Shown here in pieces: positions 62,601 through 64,000 of a DNA stretch of 64,000 bases. Numbering within the stretch: the stretch's first letter is position 1; every line of letters starts with the position of its first letter. Under the pieces are notes generated by a model, which made no database searches, was not told the origin of the DNA, and was given only the letters and a program-made list of their open reading frames with translations. Made by a program: the position numbers and the translations under genes. The stretch covers positions 1-64,000 of the forward strand of contig CDMY01000277.1 of the NCBI GenBank assembly GCA_001179505.1, given 5' to 3'. Origin of the DNA: Vitrella brassicaformis CCMP3155. Lineage: Eukaryota; Protista; Chromerida.

Positions 62601-64000
62601 CCGCGTATGGCTGGATCTGGTGCTGCCCCAGCTGGTAGCCCTGGATGAGCTTCGACACCGGGTAAATCCGGTTCATCTCAACGGGCTTCTGCCGGATCTC
62701 GCGGGTCTCTGTCGTCTGGTGTGAGTGGCGCTCCGGGGCGTCCTGCTGCGACGTCTCTGTGGGTGAGAGGGCACCGTTCTGCGCGGCGGGGGATGGCGCG
62801 ACGACTCGCTGGACGAAGGTCACCTGCACCACCTGCAGAGGGGCGTCCGGGGCGGGCAGCTCCACAACGGTGCCGAGCAGGAAGCCGCCCTTGATGGACA
62901 CTCGCACCGGCTGACCCACTTGCAATGCAGGCATCTGACACACACACACATACAGAGGGAGAGGGAGAGGGTGTGATGAACGGCGACTCCTCTCTGTATG
63001 TCGTGTCGTGAGACCTACGTGAGGTGGTGGTGTGCGTGAAGTGGCGGGCTGGCTGGGGTATGGCACCGCGGCGTCATCGCGCCACTGCACCGACTGGCCG
63101 GCGTGGCCGGGGCTCGGAGGGTTGGACATCACACCACGCTGCGCCTAACACATGAACGTTGAGCGGCGTGACAAGCAAGGATGTGGTGTGTGGTGTGGTG
63201 TGGGTACCTGGAAGATGGTAGGGAGGGACCTGCCAGCGCCGTTCTCGCCCTGTGGAGCGGCCAGGCCCCTCTCTGGCACGGACCCTCGACGGCTGGTGCG
63301 GCCGGTGGGTTTGCCTCGGATGCGGGGGTTGTGCCCGGTGGGGGAGTTGGGAACCGGCTGCGGCCATCCATCCATCACACACACACACAGATGAGATGGC
63401 GATTGCGTGTGCCGCGCATCGCATCGATGTGGTTGTGGTCGTCACTCTCTGTGTCTCACTCACCATGACTTTGTCGAGGAAGGCGGGATCGTACTGCAAG
63501 TTGTCGGGGAAGATCTCGAGGGCGAGCTCGTGCCCCTCCTTGAGGTTGTCCTCCAGGTTGCCGCCCCACCGCTGCAGGAAACGGTCGCCCGACTCGGGCA
63601 GACGGAATATCGTGTAGTTGCCTGCACACACGCACACACACAGAGAGAGAGAGAGAGAGAGATGTGTTGATGCACCGGTGAGTGGATTGCCAAGGCAGTG
63701 TGTGTGTGGTGGGGAAGAAAGGTACCCGTGACGAGTTCGGTGACGATTTGCATGAGCTCCCTTAGGAAGAGCTTGATGTACTCGCGGCACGACTGAGGCG
63801 CACTCTCCGTCAGATAATCCTCAGCCTGATACCCACCCACACATCCATCACAACACATCTCCCATTTCGCTGTGGCAGCACGTACCTCAGTGATTTTCTT
63901 CTGCAGGTCGATCTTCTTCTTGAGCAGCCGCCGCTCGAGGTGCCCGAGCTGCTCGTTGAGCAGCCTCTGGAACTTGGTGTTGAGCTCCTGCTTGAAGAGG
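59664..64000 (-). CDS. Dynamin-related protein, ARC5/DRP5/apicomplexan DrpC-like; C-terminal part (GTPase domain lies beyond the window end)
   Basis: RLLNEQLGHLERRLLKKKIDL...LFLRELMQIVTELVT|GNY...DRFLQRWGGNLEDNLKEG and FIEELQQAMEDYIK|DKAFHCAETMRDLIFEQTHAIHF resemble, from memory, the post-GTPase helices of ARC5/DRP5 (LFLTKLSLLLKG...DKFGETLQDER; FLKRVASAF...CRDKCMEDL). Pro-rich tail. Confidence 0.6.

Overview
Intron-dense eukaryotic genomic DNA. Short introns full of (CA)n/(GT)n, (GATG)n and (CAGA)n microsatellites, a plastid CtpA, and apicomplexan-like MDH, GNAT and DrpC suggest a chromerid alga, most likely Vitrella brassicaformis (inference). Left third: an orphan multi-pass membrane gene, ctpA, a PAN/Apple type-I membrane protein, LDH-like MDH, a secreted LpxH-like metallophosphoesterase and a GNAT. 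A ~240-bp near-identical repeat lies in inverted orientation upstream of two unrelated genes. 17.8-35.7 kb is one giant fibrocystin-L/PKHD1L1-like gene (IPT/TIG, PA14, discoidin, two G8, beta-helix, TM). 35.9-59 kb is a tandemly duplicated three-gene block: a small orphan membrane gene, an unusual surface protein (bacterial-type FG-GAP and RTX/T1SS-like repeats fused to a ~10-TM domain), and CCT3. The first CCT3 copy is truncated and sits in a pile of gene fragments that includes a decayed CCT7 3' end. The window ends inside an ARC5/DrpC-like dynamin-related gene. All exon structures were read by eye, so boundaries are approximate.
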